Of a DNA stretch of 64,000 nucleotides, positions 38,345-50,458 are shown piece by piece. The DNA is from Octopus vulgaris (Eukaryota): the NCBI GenBank assembly GCA_951406725.2, contig OX597818.1, positions 42,532,001 to 42,596,000 of the forward strand, in the 5' to 3' direction. Under the pieces are notes generated by a model. It worked only from the letters and a program-made list of their open reading frames with translations. It searched no databases and was not told the origin of the DNA. Position 1 is the stretch's first letter. The number at the start of each line of letters is the position of its first letter. The translations under genes were made by a program, and so were the position numbers.

Positions 38345-38395
38345 AGCTTCCTGATGATTTCTTTTGAATGAAACAGTTCTAGTCCTGTAGAAGCT
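38345..38395 (+). ncRNA. Type I hammerhead ribozyme, near-canonical
   Basis: AGCTTC-CTGATGA-T-TTC(TTTT)GAA-T-GAAA-CAG(TTCTAGTC)CTG-TA-GAAGCT; all three stems can pair; predicted cleavage after GUA at 38389. Confidence 0.75.
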
Positions 38396-38406
38396 CCTTC
38401 TATAAA

Positions 38407-38458
<52 letters not shown>

Positions 38459-38677
38459 GTATATGTATGTATGTATGTGTGTGTGTGTGTGTGTATACAC
38501 ACATACACTCACTTGCACAACCATATTTGTATGTGTATATATGTACAAAATGCATGTTTTTATCTATGTGTGCGTTTTGTGTGTGTGTGTGTATAATTAA
38601 ATATTCAATAAAATCTGTAAAGAATTTATCATGTAGAGCATGAAAACTGCCTACACTGACAATTAGAAAGTGGATTA

Positions 38678-38932
38678 TGCACATAAAAAGCACTATCTGA
38701 ACAAGATCAATGGAAGCACGCCAGACTGGCCCCTGTGCTGGTGGCACACGATAATCACTCACTACATTCTCAGAGTGGTTGGTGTCAGGAAGGGCATCCA
38801 GCCATAGAAACATTACCACATCAGATTGGAGCTTGGTGCAGCCACTGGCTCTCCAGACCTCAGTTAAACCGTCCAACCCATGCCAGCAAGGAAAGCGGAC
38901 ATTAAACGATGATGATAATGATGATGATGATA
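38678..38932 (+). mobile_element. RTE LINE 3' UTR fragment
   Basis: AGGAAGGGCATCCAGCC...GGACATTAAAC(GAT)n. Confidence 0.85.
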
Positions 38933-38946
38933 TATACAAATATATA

Positions 38947-39001
<55 letters not shown>

Positions 39002-39372
39002 AAAGAAGGGTGTATTTCCACACAAGAAAAAATATAGGCAAAATTTGTTGTTGAAAGTGCACCTAAGTTTGAAAAACTTGTAGTTGTTTAAAATAAATTT
39101 ATTTACATGTATACGAAACTAGTTTCAACAATATTTTGTGTTATCAATGGTAAAAATTTTGAATTAGGAATTAGAAAAACATGCTCAAAAGTTTCAATGT
39201 TGACAGATATATACATACACACACAAAAGTAAACATATTTTTGTATATTTTCATTACAAATCTTTTCTGACACCTGTTTGGATAAATATATCAATTAAAG
39301 TAAATATAAATACTTCAAAATGCTTTTAAGCAGTTTGCTTCATATGACAAAATATAAATATAACATACATAA

Positions 39373-39442
<70 letters not shown>

Positions 39443-39599
39443 GTATGTGTATGTGTGAGTGTGTCTGTATGTATATATATATACACACACACTCACTCAC
39501 ACAAACATATTTGTATGTGTATATATGTACAAAATGCAGTCAATAATGTAGAAACTGTACCTCAACTTGTTTAAATGTACAAAGTTCATTAGTGTTAGT

Positions 39600-41200
39600 G
39601 GTGATTGGCATGCATGGAAACACCCACTCTTTTGTTATATATCTACCATGCAAGGAATGAAAATGTCATTCAAACACGAACAACAGGATAACATGACACT
39701 CAACAAAATCTTATGTGTACTACAAGTCATTGATTCAAAACTCACTCTCCTATTGGACAAACTCAACAACTCACATTGCAACTGCAAATTAGTGAAACCA
39801 TCAGAAAAATCTGTAAATCATTTGAAACCTCACTAATACATAAATCTGAAAATAACCCTAAACCTGACATGGAAAAAAATAACTTCATCTGTCAATGACC
39901 TTCCAATATCAAAAAAGCCATGCTCCAAGTATGGGCCAAAAATTATAAAAACTGTAAATTCACTTTCTGGAACATGACCAAGAACTCCAATAAAGTAGAG
40001 ATATATGAGAGATGGCTCAACTCAACCTCTTACATTCTCCCCAGAAAGCTACAAATTAAAGCCATCCCCAATGAACCAGCAAAACAGAGAACTTAAGGAA
40101 AATGGTTCTGAAGAACTTCAAAATGGAGATAGAACTCCTGAAACTCAGAGCTCCATTCCACCAAGGAAAGATTACCTCCATTGATGAAGAAATGAAGGTT
40201 GAAATTGCAAAAAAAAAGCTCAAGGGGAACTTTTTGACAATACCATTCTACTCTGGAGAAAGAATTGTGAAAACAAAGAAGTAATCTCACTTCAAAAATG
40301 GGGAAAAAAACAATGATTGGTTCAATCACTATGAGAAAAAATTCAAGGAAGAATACGAATCTGGTAACCCTTTCTTGAAAAAAACTAAAAATTACAAACT
40401 CCACACAACTGGAAGAAAATCACTACCAGAACAATACCTGAATGCCCATCCAGAACCAAGGATAACCAATACTGTCTCCAGGGTTCCAAATACTCATCAA
40501 AAGACACAAAATGAGTAATTCCATTGTACCCTTCACCACAAGACAAAACACTCCCACTCAAAGATACAGAAGCCTATCTCACCCCAAGAACCCTCCACTT
40601 CTCAGACGTAACGTTTTTGTGAATAACTCTTTCAGATGGAATTATAAGAGAAAAAAGAACTCCTCTCATCTGAGACACATCTCACATAAAGAAGACTTTG
40701 AACAGGAGCAAAGAAGTAGGAACTTCTCGCACTAGAGACAGTTCTTTCACAATAACCACCTCGTCTAAACAAGATATAACCAAACGGACTGAAGTTCACC
40801 CCCAACACCACAAAGGTCGAACCTAAATGATATACAAAATGGAGTTCTGCAGGAAACTTCAAATCACTCAAGAACTGCTGGATAAAGAAAATAATGATCA
40901 CCCAGTACTTCACAATAAAAGTATCTACTGGCCAACAAAAGAAATCAAACTCTGGATAATTTTTGTGATTTGGTTTCCAATTATCCCTACAATTTACTCC
41001 CACCTTGAAAATTTAAAACAAATACAAGTCAAGAAGAATGGGAAATCATTGTGTGTGGTAAGTAGCTTGCTTATCAACCTCATGGTTCAGGGTTCAGTCC
41101 CGCTGTGTGGCACCTTGGACAAGTGTCTTCTACTACAGCCTCGGGCCGACCAAAGCCTTGTGAGTGGATTTGGGAGACAGAAACTGAAAGAAGCCCATCG

Positions 41201-41282
<82 letters not shown>

Positions 41283-41878
41283 CGTGTGTGTGTGTGTGTG
41301 TATTTGTGTGTCTGTGTTTGTTCCCCCAACATCGCTTGACAACTGATGTTGGTGTGTTTATGTCCCCGTAACTTAGTGGTTTGGCAAAAAAGACCAATAG
41401 AATAAGTACTAGGCTTTCAAAGAATAAGTCCTGGGGCCGATTTGCTCGACTAAAAGCAGTGCTCCAGCATGGCCACAGTCAAATGACTGAAACAAGTATA
41501 AGAGTAAAAGAGATAAAAGAGGATCATAATATAATTATAAAAGAAGCCAATAAAGGGAGTACTGTAGTAATCATAGACTCAGAAAAATACATAAACACTA
41601 CCTTAATCCTCCTTCAAGACAGTACTTACTATGAAAAAATCAACAACCACAGTCAATCCAAGATAATGACTAAACTCTCTACACTTATCCACCAGTTGCA
41701 ACAAGGTTTAACAGAAAAGGAGAGAGATTACTTGACTATATTTGACTGCAAAACCAGCAACTTTTATGGACTTCCCAAAATCCACAAAAGCAAAGCCATA
41801 AACAAAGCCTGTAACAAATCAACTTCTGTAGTGATAAATATTCCACATCCGAGAGATTTCAAAATGAAACCAATAAGT
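39600..41878 (+). mobile_element. Decayed Penelope-like element, N-terminal region to RT start, split by a SINE
   Basis: EFCRKLQI...; IIIKEANKGSTVVIID..Y...LQDSTYYEK...FYGLPKIHK...KPI are PLE RT N-terminal motifs; the 5' boundary is approximate. Confidence 0.78.
41050..41520 (+). mobile_element. SINE family B inside the Penelope-like element
   Basis: Matches family B. Confidence 0.92.
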
Positions 41879-41919
41879 TGGCTAAGTTGGGGCCCATTCT
41901 CATTCCCATGGCTACCTCA

Positions 41920-42560
41920 GATGATTGCTAGTAGACCTCACTTGTAAATATAAAACAGGTAATGGTAAGATCGAGTTCAGTGCAGTGGAGAGGTGTAGAT
42001 GTGCAATTATGAGGATAGTGCAATGGTTGAGGAAGCACTGGAGAGCAAGGAAGCCATCATCGTGGGGGAGATGATGGTGTATAGGAGTCTAAAGTCCATG
42101 GTGAAGAGAGGCAGGAGAGGCCAGGAGGGAAGGAAAAGGAATTGACTAGGTAGAAGGCATGGTGGGTGTCATGTATGTGGAACAGGAAGAGAGCGACTAA
42201 GAGGGAAAGGATGAGGTCAAGGTATTTTGAAATGTGTTCTGTGGGTCAATTACAGGCAGAAACAATGAGGTGACTAGGTTTATGGATTTGGGAAAGGAAA
42301 CAGATGGTGGAGGTATGGGGAGTTCATACAATGAGGTTGGTGGCAGTAGGGGAAAGGGCAGAACATGAGATGATGTCATGGATGGTGGAGGACAGGCACT
42401 GCCGGTAGGAGGGGTAGGATCTGAGGGCAAGAGGTGATAAAACATGGGGTTATGAAGCTGTTCATGTGAAGGACACACAACTGCAACTCCATCTTTGTCA
42501 GCCAGTTTCATGATGTCATCTCAGCAGTGGAGGTTATGGAAGGCTAACAATTTGACACAG
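41920..42560 (-). mobile_element. Second, heavily decayed Penelope-like RT fragment
   Basis: MKLADKDGVAVV...FYHLLPSDPT and LFTMDFRLLYTII..HDDGFLAL resemble PLE KPADKGGAVV and LFTMDVxSLYT motifs. Confidence 0.65.
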
Positions 42561-42607
42561 GTGAGATATATGTGAACCACACAAATGCACTTGCAGACAT
42601 ATATATA

Positions 42608-43002
42608 TCTTTATATATAAAAGTGAGGTTGTGTGCTGTCTGTCTCCTACGATTTAGATTCCTAACTACTCCCACATTTTGCGGTGCAGTTTAACCAAAA
42701 CCGGGTATCTTATAGTCGTGATTCATATCGAGCCCTTCTGGGTATTGGTGCATGTCTACGATGAGTCTACGATTTTAAAAAAATTTACCATCAATTTTTC
42801 CCATTTTTAATGCATTTTTTGCTATTTTTTGGCTATAACTCTCTAAAAATTTATTATTAAATCTCAGAACGTAAAAAGCTACAGTAACCCCCCCCCCCTT
42901 TGTGGTTAGCCATATTGAGATGGCTATTATACTTTACATCTCTAAAAATGCTTATATAGTTATTTCCCTTACAAACCCGAGCAATGCCGGGCGATACTGC
43001 TA

Positions 43003-43003
<1 letters not shown>
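42608..43003 (+). mobile_element. Non-autonomous Helitron (same ends as 23848-24353)
   Basis: A|TCTTTATATATAAAA ... CCCGAGCAATGCCGGG ... CTAG|T. Confidence 0.9.
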
Positions 43004-43046
<43 letters not shown>

Positions 43047-43189
43047 CACTGAAAGCCATTTGAGAACCAAATATTTTGTTACATTGACATAAATACTTTA
43101 AAAATAAAGATAGGCAATGTAATACATCTCTATGTATTTGTTTCATGTGTTGCTATTAGTCATGTCAAGTGTTTACAATAGGTCTGACT

Positions 43190-43380
43190 TTGTAGTAAGA
43201 AGCTTGCTTCCCAACCACATGGTTCCATGTTCAGTCCCACTGTGTGGAACATTAGGTAAGTTTCTTCTACTATAGCCCTGGACTGATCAAGGCCTTGTGA
43301 GTGGATTTGGTCAACAGAGACTGAAAGAAGCCTGTCATATATACATGTGCGTGAGTGTGTGCATGTGTGTGTTTGTGTGT

Positions 43381-43428
<48 letters not shown>

Positions 43429-43625
43429 TTCTATGTCTGTGTGTCTTTATATTTGTGTTTGTCCCCCTCCACCGCTTGACAACCGGTGTTGGTGTGTTTA
43501 CATCCTCATAGCTTAGTGGTTCAGTCAATAAGGGGCTAATAGAATAAGTACCAGGCTTAAAAACAAAAAGTCCTGGAGATGATTTGTTTGGCCACAGTCA
43601 GATGACTGAAACAAGTAAAAAATAA
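43190..43625 (+). mobile_element. SINE family B, diverged
   Basis: Matches family B. Confidence 0.85.
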
Positions 43626-43632
43626 ACAATAA

Positions 43633-43649
43633 ATCATCATCATCATCAT

Positions 43650-43697
<48 letters not shown>

Positions 43698-44779
43698 GTT
43701 TAACGTCCGTTTTCCATGCTAGCATGGGTTGGATGGTTCAACTGGGGTCTGGGAAGCTAGGAGGCTGCACCAGGCTCCAGTCTGATCTGGCAGTGTTTCT
43801 ACAGCTGGATGCCCTTCCTAACACCAACCCCTCCATGAGTGTAGTGGATGTTTTTTACTTGCTACCGGCACAGGGGTCAGAGGAGGCTGGCAACAACCAC
43901 ATTCGATTGGTGCTTTGTTCATGCCACCGGTACGGAAGCCAGTCAAGGCGGTGCTGGCATCAGCCACATTTGGATGGTGCTTTTTACGTGCCACCAGCAT
44001 GGGTATCACAACTACAATTTCCATTTGATTTTCATTTTTGATGCTGATGTACTTGACTCAATAGGTATCTTCAAGCACAGCAGGTCACCCTATAGGCCAA
44101 GGTACTTTTGAATGGGCTGGGGCTGGATATGCGAAACTGATGTAGGATACAGCCATGAACTCACTTTATTTGCCGGGTCTTTGCAATCACAGCATATCTC
44201 CAGAGGTCTTGGTCTTTCGTTATTGCCTCTGTGAGACCCAATGTTCGGAGGTCATGTTTCACTACCTCATCCCATGTCTTCCTGGGTCTACCTCTACCCC
44301 AGATTCCTTCAACTGTTTGGGAGTGGCACTTCTTCACATAGCTCTCCTCATCCATCCATAGTACATGACCATACCAGCTCAAGCGTCTCTCTTGCACACC
44401 ACATCCGATGCTTCTTATGTCCAACATTTCTCTAAAGGCGCTTACACTCTGTCGTGTGTGCACACTGACATTACACATCCAGCAGATCATGCTAGCTTCA
44501 TTCCTTTCAAGCCTACGTATGTCCCCCACAGTCACAGCCCATACTTCACTGCCATGAAGCATGGCAGTTCGCACACATGTGTCGTACAATCTACTTTTCA
44601 CTCTGAGCGAGAGGCCCTTTGTCACCAGTAGAGGTAGAAGTTTTTAAAATTTGCCCAGGCTATTCTTATTCTCGAGGTAACACTCTCAGAGTATCCACCT
44701 CCTCTACTAATTTAGTCACCTAGATAGCGGAAGCTATCAACTACTTCTAGTTTCTCCCCCTGGAGTGTGATGGAATCTA
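43633..44779 (-). mobile_element. 5'-truncated RTE LINE
   Basis: ORF 44161-44625 is highly similar to the product of ~49000-49455; 3' UTR and (GAT)n tail. Confidence 0.92.
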
Positions 44780-44786
44780 TGTATAT

Positions 44787-46200
44787 ACAGGGTGCAATGG
44801 GTAAATTGTCGCCATGTTATATTTCTGATTTCATGCATGCCTATTGTTTGTTTTTGATTTTGTCAACTACACAGTATGGTAGGGTCAGTTGGGCACTATC
44901 TGTGAGAAAAACAGCATCATGATGCAATTCACTCTGCCAGAAATTTGGAAATGATATGCTGTACTGCTTGGCATTCATACTGGAAGCTCCAATATGAATA
45001 TTTCAGAGTGTTTGGGTGTCAACCTGAGGACAGCACAGAGGATTTGGAAAGAGTTGGATGAGTCTAATGGTGATTATGAAGGTATGGTAGCCCGAAAAAG
45101 TCATTCTGATAAGAAAATAACTCCTGAATTTGTTGGTGAGATCTACACCATTATTGACAACAATCTCTCCAGGTCAATCAGGTCCATCACCAGGGACACA
45201 GGAGTGTCTGAGTTTCTTATCAGGCAGGTAGTGCATGAAGGCAGCGAGCTGGCAGAAACGTTAGCACGGCGGGCAAAATGCATAGCCGTATTTCGTCTGC
45301 CGTTACGTTCTGAGTTCAAATTCCGCCAAGGCCGACTTTGCCTTTCATCCTTTCGGGGTCGATAAATTAAGTACCAGTTACGCACTGGGGTCGATGTAAT
45401 CGACTTAATCCGTTTATCTGTCCTTGTTTATCCCCTCTGTGTTAGCCCCCTGTGGGTAGTAAAGAAATAGGCAGTGCATGAAGACATTCAGTATTTCTCA
45501 TACAAGATGAGAAAGAACCAATTTTTATCCCAAGCCATCATGGACTAGAAGAAAGAGCTCACTATGAAGCTTTTGAACAAACTCAAGCATCCCCTCCAAC
45601 TGAACATGCTTTGGTATTTCTCAGACGAGAAAAATTTCTGCCAGGATCAGATGGTGAATAAACAGAACAACTGTTGGCTGCCATATGCCCAAAACATGTA
45701 CCAAGAGTGATAAAAATCAAACATCCAGTCAACATCAAGGTGTTTGGAGTGATCGCTAGTAATGACAACATTATGCTTCTATTCATCTTCCCACTCAGCC
45801 TCACACTCAACACAGAGGCCTACAGGTAGTGCTGCTCTGGGTGAAGAGGGTGGCTGCTGGAAGACCCTGTGTCTAGCAACAGGACTCTGCACCATGCCAC
45901 ACAAGCAGGAGAACCCAGTCATGGCTGTCAGACAATTTCTGCAACTACATCACCCCTAACATCTGGCAACCTAACTCCCTGGACTGCAACCTCCTTGATT
46001 ATTATGTGTGGGGCACAGTTGAGCGAGAGACCAACAAAACTCATTGTAACAGCAAAGATGAAACTGAAGGCAAGGATTAGGGTAGCATTCACCAACTTAA
46101 GAAAACCATTCAGAAGAATTGCAAGAGATTCCAAAGTCACCTGGAGGCCGTGGTTAAAGCCAATGGCGATTTTATTGAATAAATTTACTCTTTAGAGTAA
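44787..46200 (+). mobile_element. Decayed maT-family (DD37D) transposon
   Basis: TA|CAGGGTG end; WYFSDEKNF ... QQDSAPCH ... NSLDCNLLDYYVWG, with 37 residues between the 2nd and 3rd Asp; stops present. Confidence 0.85.
45240..45468 (+). mobile_element. SINE family A inserted in the maT element
   Basis: TSD AGG(T/C)AGTGCATGAAG on both sides. Confidence 0.92.
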
Positions 46201-46732
46201 ATGATGATTATGATGATTTACCAATTATTTCATATACTTATTTTTATGCAAGCTTTTTAGACTTAAAGAGCCAGTTTTATACAAAACAACTGATAGAATG
46301 TTATGATATTTTTGTTTTATATACATACAAAAATATGTTACATATGCATAAACATACATAGACACATACAACACAACCACCCACCCACCCACACATACAC
46401 GCACTTGCACCCCCACACACACACACACGCATATACACACACATAAATATATAAACATATGTGCATACTCACATGTTCATATATATTTACACACACATAC
46501 ACACATAACACATAAATCTATCTATCTATTTATCTATCTATCTGTATGCACACACACACACACACATAGACACACACACACACACACACACACATACACA
46601 TACACATACACACAGGGGGTATGGTGAATAAATTGTTGTTTAAATTTCACAAAAGTGATAATAACACTGACATCTCATTTTAACAGATATATTTACCAAA
46701 ATCACATAAAAATATCTTGCATGCATGTATAT

Positions 46733-46897
46733 ATATTTAAGTATATACTTATAAATATATAATCATAATTAAGAATGCTGGAGGGACAACACCAATACAC
46801 TAGAAGTAGATGTCAAATGTCTACTTCTAGCACGTTGACATTGTCCCTCCAGCACTCTTAATTATAATTATATATTTATAATTATATACTTAAATAT
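46733..46897. repeat. ~165 bp palindrome / hairpin
   Basis: GAATGCTGGAGGGACAA...CTAGAAGTAGA is mirrored by TCTACTTCTAG...TTGTCCCTCCAGCACTC, with mirrored AT-rich flanks. Confidence 0.9.
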
Positions 46898-47090
46898 TAA
46901 TTTTACCGATATGGTGGTTTCTATACGCTGGCCACTGATATAATCATTTTGATGATTATATCCTCAATATATAAATATATATATCTGCAACACTAACTTC
47001 AAGAAGCCAGTCTGCCACCTTATAACTTATCAGTCAGGAGACTCCGCTAGCCAAATAGACTTCATCCTCACCAGACAACGGGATGCAGGG

Positions 47091-49622
47091 TTGCTCTTGA
47101 ATACAAAGACCCTCCCGGGTGAAGAATGTATCCCTCAGCATAGACTAATCATCAGTGACTTTAAGCTTGAGGCCAGAAGGACTCCAAGAAACAAACCAAT
47201 CCAGAAAAGAAGGATTTGGAGGCTAAAGAACCCTTCGCATGGTCAGAAATTTAGGGACATACTCATCAAGAAATTTGATGAGAGGGAAGAGGAGCTTCAG
47301 ATGTCAGACATAGAAGGTAGCTGGGAATTCCTACGGGACAGCTTGTTGAGTGCCACAGACCAAGTTTGTGGATGGTGCAAAGTCCCTTCCAGACCTAGAA
47401 TTACGTGGTGGTGGAATAGTGCAGTAGATAAAGCCATCTGTGAAAAGAGACGGGCCTGGAAAGCCTGGAAGGAGGGGGGCAGCAGGGAACTGTACCAGAT
47501 AGCCAAAAGGGAGGCTGGGCGGCAGGTATACATTGCCAAAGATGTAGCAGAAAAGAAGAAGTTTGCCAATGTCCAGCGTCGCGAGGATCAAAGAGCTGAA
47601 GTATTTCGGATTGCCAGACAGTGTGTCAGAGAAAATAGCGATGTTATAGGAGAGAAATGTGTCCGCATGGATGATGGGGCACTTGCTTTTACTACTAGTG
47701 AAAAGAAAGAGGCTTGGAGAAGCCATTATGAAAGACTGCTAAATGAGGAGAATGAATGGGAGGAGGAGAGCCTGCCAAATGTTGACCCAGTAGAGGGACC
47801 AGCTACCCGAATAGACAGCTCCCTTGTAGATAAGGCAATTAAGGATATGAAACCAGGCAAAGCCCCTGGCCTATCAGGAATCACTGCTGAGATGCTTAAA
47901 ACAGCTGGCTATGTGGGCCATGCCATAGTCACCCGCATTGTAAACCAGGTAGTTCACAATGGAGCCATACCCAATGACTGGTGCAGCAGTACCATAGTCA
48001 ACTGCTACAAGGGTAAGGGTGATGCTCTAGATAGAAATAACTACAGAGGTATCAAACTGTTGGACCAGGTGATGAAGGTCTCAGAGAAGGTCATAACCAA
48101 TCTCATTAGGGAGAGAATTTGTTTAGATGAAATGCAGTTCGGTTTTGTACCAGGTAGAAGCACCACTGATGCTATATTCCTGGTCCGACAACTGCAGGAG
48201 AAGTACCTAGCTAAAGATAAACCCCTCTACATAGCTTTTGTAGACTTGGAGAAAGCCTTTGACAGGGTTCCCCGTTCCCTTATCTGGTGGTCGATGCGGA
48301 AACTGGAGATTGAAGAATGGCTAATAAGGGCTGTACAGGCTCTATACAGAGAGGCTGTTAGCAAGGTTAGGATTGGCAACGAATATAGTGAAGAATTCCG
48401 AGTAGAAGTAGGTGTGCACCAGGGCTCAGCCCTCAGTCCCCTTTTGTTCATCATAGTACTTCAAGCAATAACAGAGGAATTCAAAACGGGATGCCCCTGG
48501 GAGCTCCTCTATGCCGATGACCTAGCTCTCATAGCAGAATCACTACCGGAACTAGAAGAGAAATTTCGGGTATGGAAGCAAGGGTTGGAATCATAGGGCC
48601 TTAGAATAAATGTAGCAAAGACCAAAGTATTAGTAAGCAGCAAGAGGTACTCAACACACATCCCCTCGGGTAGGTGGCCCTGCTCAACCTGTAGGAAAGG
48701 TACAGGTAGAAACTCCATAAGATGCACCCAATGTAAGTTATGGACACATAAGAGGTGCAGCAACATTAAAGGGAAATTAACAGATAAGATAGCTTTCATG
48801 TGCGGCAGATGCACAGGGACAATAGACACAACAGACACTCAGAAAACAGATTCCATCACACTCCAGGGAGAGAAACTAGAAGTAGTTGATAGTTTCCGCT
48901 ACCTGGGAGACCAAGTTAGTAGCGGAGGTGGATGCACAGAGAGTATCACCACTAGAATACGAATAGCCTGGGCAAAGTTCAGAAAGCTCCTACCCCTACT
49001 GGCAACAAAAGGCCTCTCCCTCAGAGCAAAAGGTAGATCATATGATGCATGTGTGCGAACTGCCATGCTTCACGGTAATGAAACATGGGCTGTGACTGCA
49101 GAAGACATGCGTAGACTTGAAAGAAATGAAGCTAGCATGATCCGCTGGATGTGTAGTGTCAGTGTGCACGCAAAACAGAGTGTAAGTATCCTGAGAGAAA
49201 TGCTGGATATAAGAAGCATCAGATGTGGTGTGCAAGAGCGACGCTTGCGATGGTATGGTCATGTGCTGCGGATGGATGAAGAGAGATGTGTGAAGAAGTG
49301 CCACTCCCAAACAGTTGAAGGTATCAGGGGGAGAGGTAGACCCAGGAAGACATGGGATGAGGTGGTCAAGCATGACCTCAGAGCATTGGGCCTCACTGAG
49401 GCAATGGCGAAGGACCGAGATCTCTGGAGATATGCTGTGACTACAAAGACCCGGGCTGCTTTCTGCAGCAATTCCACATACCCCCTACCCATTCTAAGTA
49501 CCCCCCTACCCATTCTAAGTACCCCGGATCCCCAAAGTACCCCGGATCCCCAAAGTACCCTGGATCCCCAAAATACCCCAATCCCCAAAGTACCCCGGAC
49601 CTCGTTGCCCCCGTGCCGCTGA
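47091..49622 (+). pseudogene. RTE endonuclease/reverse transcriptase ORF with a single in-frame TAG at 48594-48596 and an internal PHD finger
   Basis: KAPG, NYRGIKLL, QFGF, FVDLEKAFDRV, GVHQGSALSP and LLYADD motifs; ORFs 47091 and 48798 are in the same frame and the gap between them reads through. Confidence 0.93.
49478..49600 (+). repeat. Short tandem repeats (18-21 bp) at the RTE ORF / 3' UTR junction
   Basis: ACCCCCTACCCATTCTAAGT-like unit twice, then ACCCCGGATCCCCAAAGT-like unit about four times. Confidence 0.85.
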
Positions 49623-49869
49623 CACGTTAAAATGCTCGAATCCGATCGTGACGATGCCGGACCCTCCGGCCCCTGTGCAGGTGGCACGTAAAAAGCACCC
49701 AATCCACTCACGGAGTGGTTGGCGTTAGGAAGGGCATCCAGCCGTAGAAACTCTGCCAGATTCAGACTGGAGCCTGGAGCGGCCCCTGGCTTCCCAGACC
49801 CGGTCAAACCGTCCAACCCGTGCTAGCGCGGAAAGCGGACGTTAAACGATGATGATGATGATGATGATG

Positions 49870-49899
<30 letters not shown>

Positions 49900-49902
<3 letters not shown>

Positions 49903-50410
49903 TCAAGACCCATCAAGCCAAGCAAAATCTCAGTCATGGCAGATACTGGTGTCATGCAATGAGGGCACCTGTGCTGGTGGCATGTAAAAGCAATCCAGTG
50001 TCACGCAAATGGCCCCCATGCCAGTGGCACATAAAACCACCAATTACACTCTCAGAGTGATTAGCATTAGGAAAGGCATCCAGCTGTAGAAAGCCATGCC
50101 AAATCAGACTGGAATCTGGTGCTGCCTTAGTCAAACCTATTTCATTATTACCCACAAGGGGCTAAACATAGAGGGGACAAACATGGACAGACATAGGTAT
50201 TAAGTCGATTATATCGACCCCAGTGCTTAACTGGTACTTAATTTATCGACCCCGAAAGGATGAAAGGCAAAGTCGACCTCGGCGGAATTTGAACTCACAA
50301 CGTAACGGCAGCCGAAATACCGCTAAGCATTTCGCCCGATGTGCTAACGATTCTGCCAGCTGCCTTAGTCAAACTGTCCAGCTCACGCCAGCATGGAAAA
50401 CAGACATTAA

Positions 50411-50449
<39 letters not shown>

Positions 50450-50456
50450 GTGATGA
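49900..50456 (+). mobile_element. RTE 3' UTR fragment interrupted by a minus-strand SINE A (50139-50359)
   Basis: TSD CTGCCTTAGTCAAAC flanks the SINE; (GAT)n tail. Confidence 0.85.
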
Positions 50457-50458
50457 TA

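Larger units (their letters stand above)
46983..49871 (+). mobile_element. RTE-clade LINE, 5'-truncated within the APE endonuclease
   Basis: SQIDFIL (APE end), full RT, 3' UTR and (GAT)n tail; TA tracts on both sides. Confidence 0.95.

Noticed and set aside
47297-49816. Minus-strand ORFs over the RTE element
   Set aside because: Antisense shadows of the RT reading frame
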